Shown piece after piece: positions 63,552-64,000 of a stretch of 64,000 bases of DNA (positions within the stretch are counted from its first letter, which is position 1; the number at the start of each line of letters is the position of its first letter). The stretch covers positions 523-64,522 of IMG/VR virus record IMGVR_UViG_3300043399_000339; one strand, given 5' to 3'. Below the pieces are notes generated by a model, which did not search any database, had not been told where the DNA came from, and saw only the letters and a program-made list of their open reading frames with translations. Source of the DNA: a virus (lineage: Duplodnaviria > Caudoviricetes). A program made the position numbers and the translations under genes.

Positions 63552-63960
63552 CGCCTGGGACCACCTGCCGAACGCCAAGCTGATCGACCGTGTGCTGGCT
63601 GACCTCCGGGCCCGCCCGCAGGTGTGGGACGCCGCTCGGGACGCCGCTCTGGACGCCGCTCTGGACGCCGCTTGGGACGCCGCTCGGGGCGCCGCTCGGG
63701 GCGCCGCCTGGGGCGCCGCTCGGGACGCCGCTCGGGTCGCCGCTCGGTACGCCGCTCGGGCCGCCGCTCGGGACGCCTCCTGGGGCGCCTCCTGGGACGC
63801 CGCTCTGGACGCATGTGCTGCGCTCATAGCATGGGATGACGCCAGTCTCCTGCTCGATATGCCTGTGGACGCTGTGCGTCTGCTCGCGGCCTCTGGCCAC
63901 CACCCAGCATTTCTGATGCTGCCGGCTTGCATAGCGTTGGGCGTGGATGCGCCCGAGTAA
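63544..63960 (+). CDS. xAAy-repeat protein, copy 6 (15 units)
   Basis: Array 63628-63807. Confidence 0.8.
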   Translation: MTNAWDHLPNAKLIDRVLADLRARPQVWDAARDAALDAALDAAWDAARGAARGAAWGAARDAARVAARYAARAAARDASWGASWDAALDACAALIAWDDASLLLDMPVDAVRLLAASGHHPAFLMLPACIALGVDAPE

Positions 63961-64000
63961 GCTGTGCTCTGTTCCCTCTTGCATAGCGTTGGGCGTGGAT

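Noticed and set aside
57333-63807. 12-bp arrays as a CRISPR array or DGR template/variable regions
   Set aside because: There are no unique spacers between constant repeats, no cas or reverse transcriptase gene in the window, and variation is not restricted to adenines (CGG/TGG/CTG).
57216-63984. Many alternative-frame and antisense ORFs over the repeat genes (GRRS, PERR, SGAP repeats)
   Set aside because: Shadow ORFs: the GC-rich 12-mer has no stops in any frame; only the xAAy frame has RBS/coupling and conserved ends.
1-64000. tRNA, rRNA, integrase or host genes
   Set aside because: None was recognised by eye; tRNAscan was not run.

Overview
The window is a near-complete genome of a tailed dsDNA phage (Caudoviricetes, podovirus-like gene set). 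It is GC-rich, and no integrase, tRNA or CRISPR array was seen. On the + strand, 1-18.8 kb carries many small early genes, nucleotide-metabolism genes and the replication module (family-A DNA polymerase, PD-(D/E)XK exonuclease, SNF2 helicase, SSB-like protein, primase-helicase). On the - strand, 18.8-53.4 kb carries terminase, portal, GroES, scaffold, capsid, adaptor, tail fibre, lysis and internal virion/ejection genes. The 53.5-56.1 kb control region holds promoters, iteron-like repeats, IHF-like sites and a long boxA-led non-coding leader. The 56-64 kb + strand holds early genes, including an AAA ATPase and a vWA/metallopeptidase. Main observations: (1) the DNA polymerase intein has no in-frame endonuclease, but a complete HNH-type endonuclease gene is overprinted inside it in the +1 frame while the intein frame stays open; (2) six paralogous small genes have constant ends and a different combinatorial array of 12-bp (x-A-A-y) units in each; (3) 12 copies of a (T)CTAAC-N0-2-GTTAGA palindrome are confined to the early arm; (4) a multi-pseudoknot RNA candidate lies downstream of the capsid gene; (5) an Acb2/Tad1-like anti-defence candidate is present. 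All family assignments come from motif recognition by eye, not database searches.
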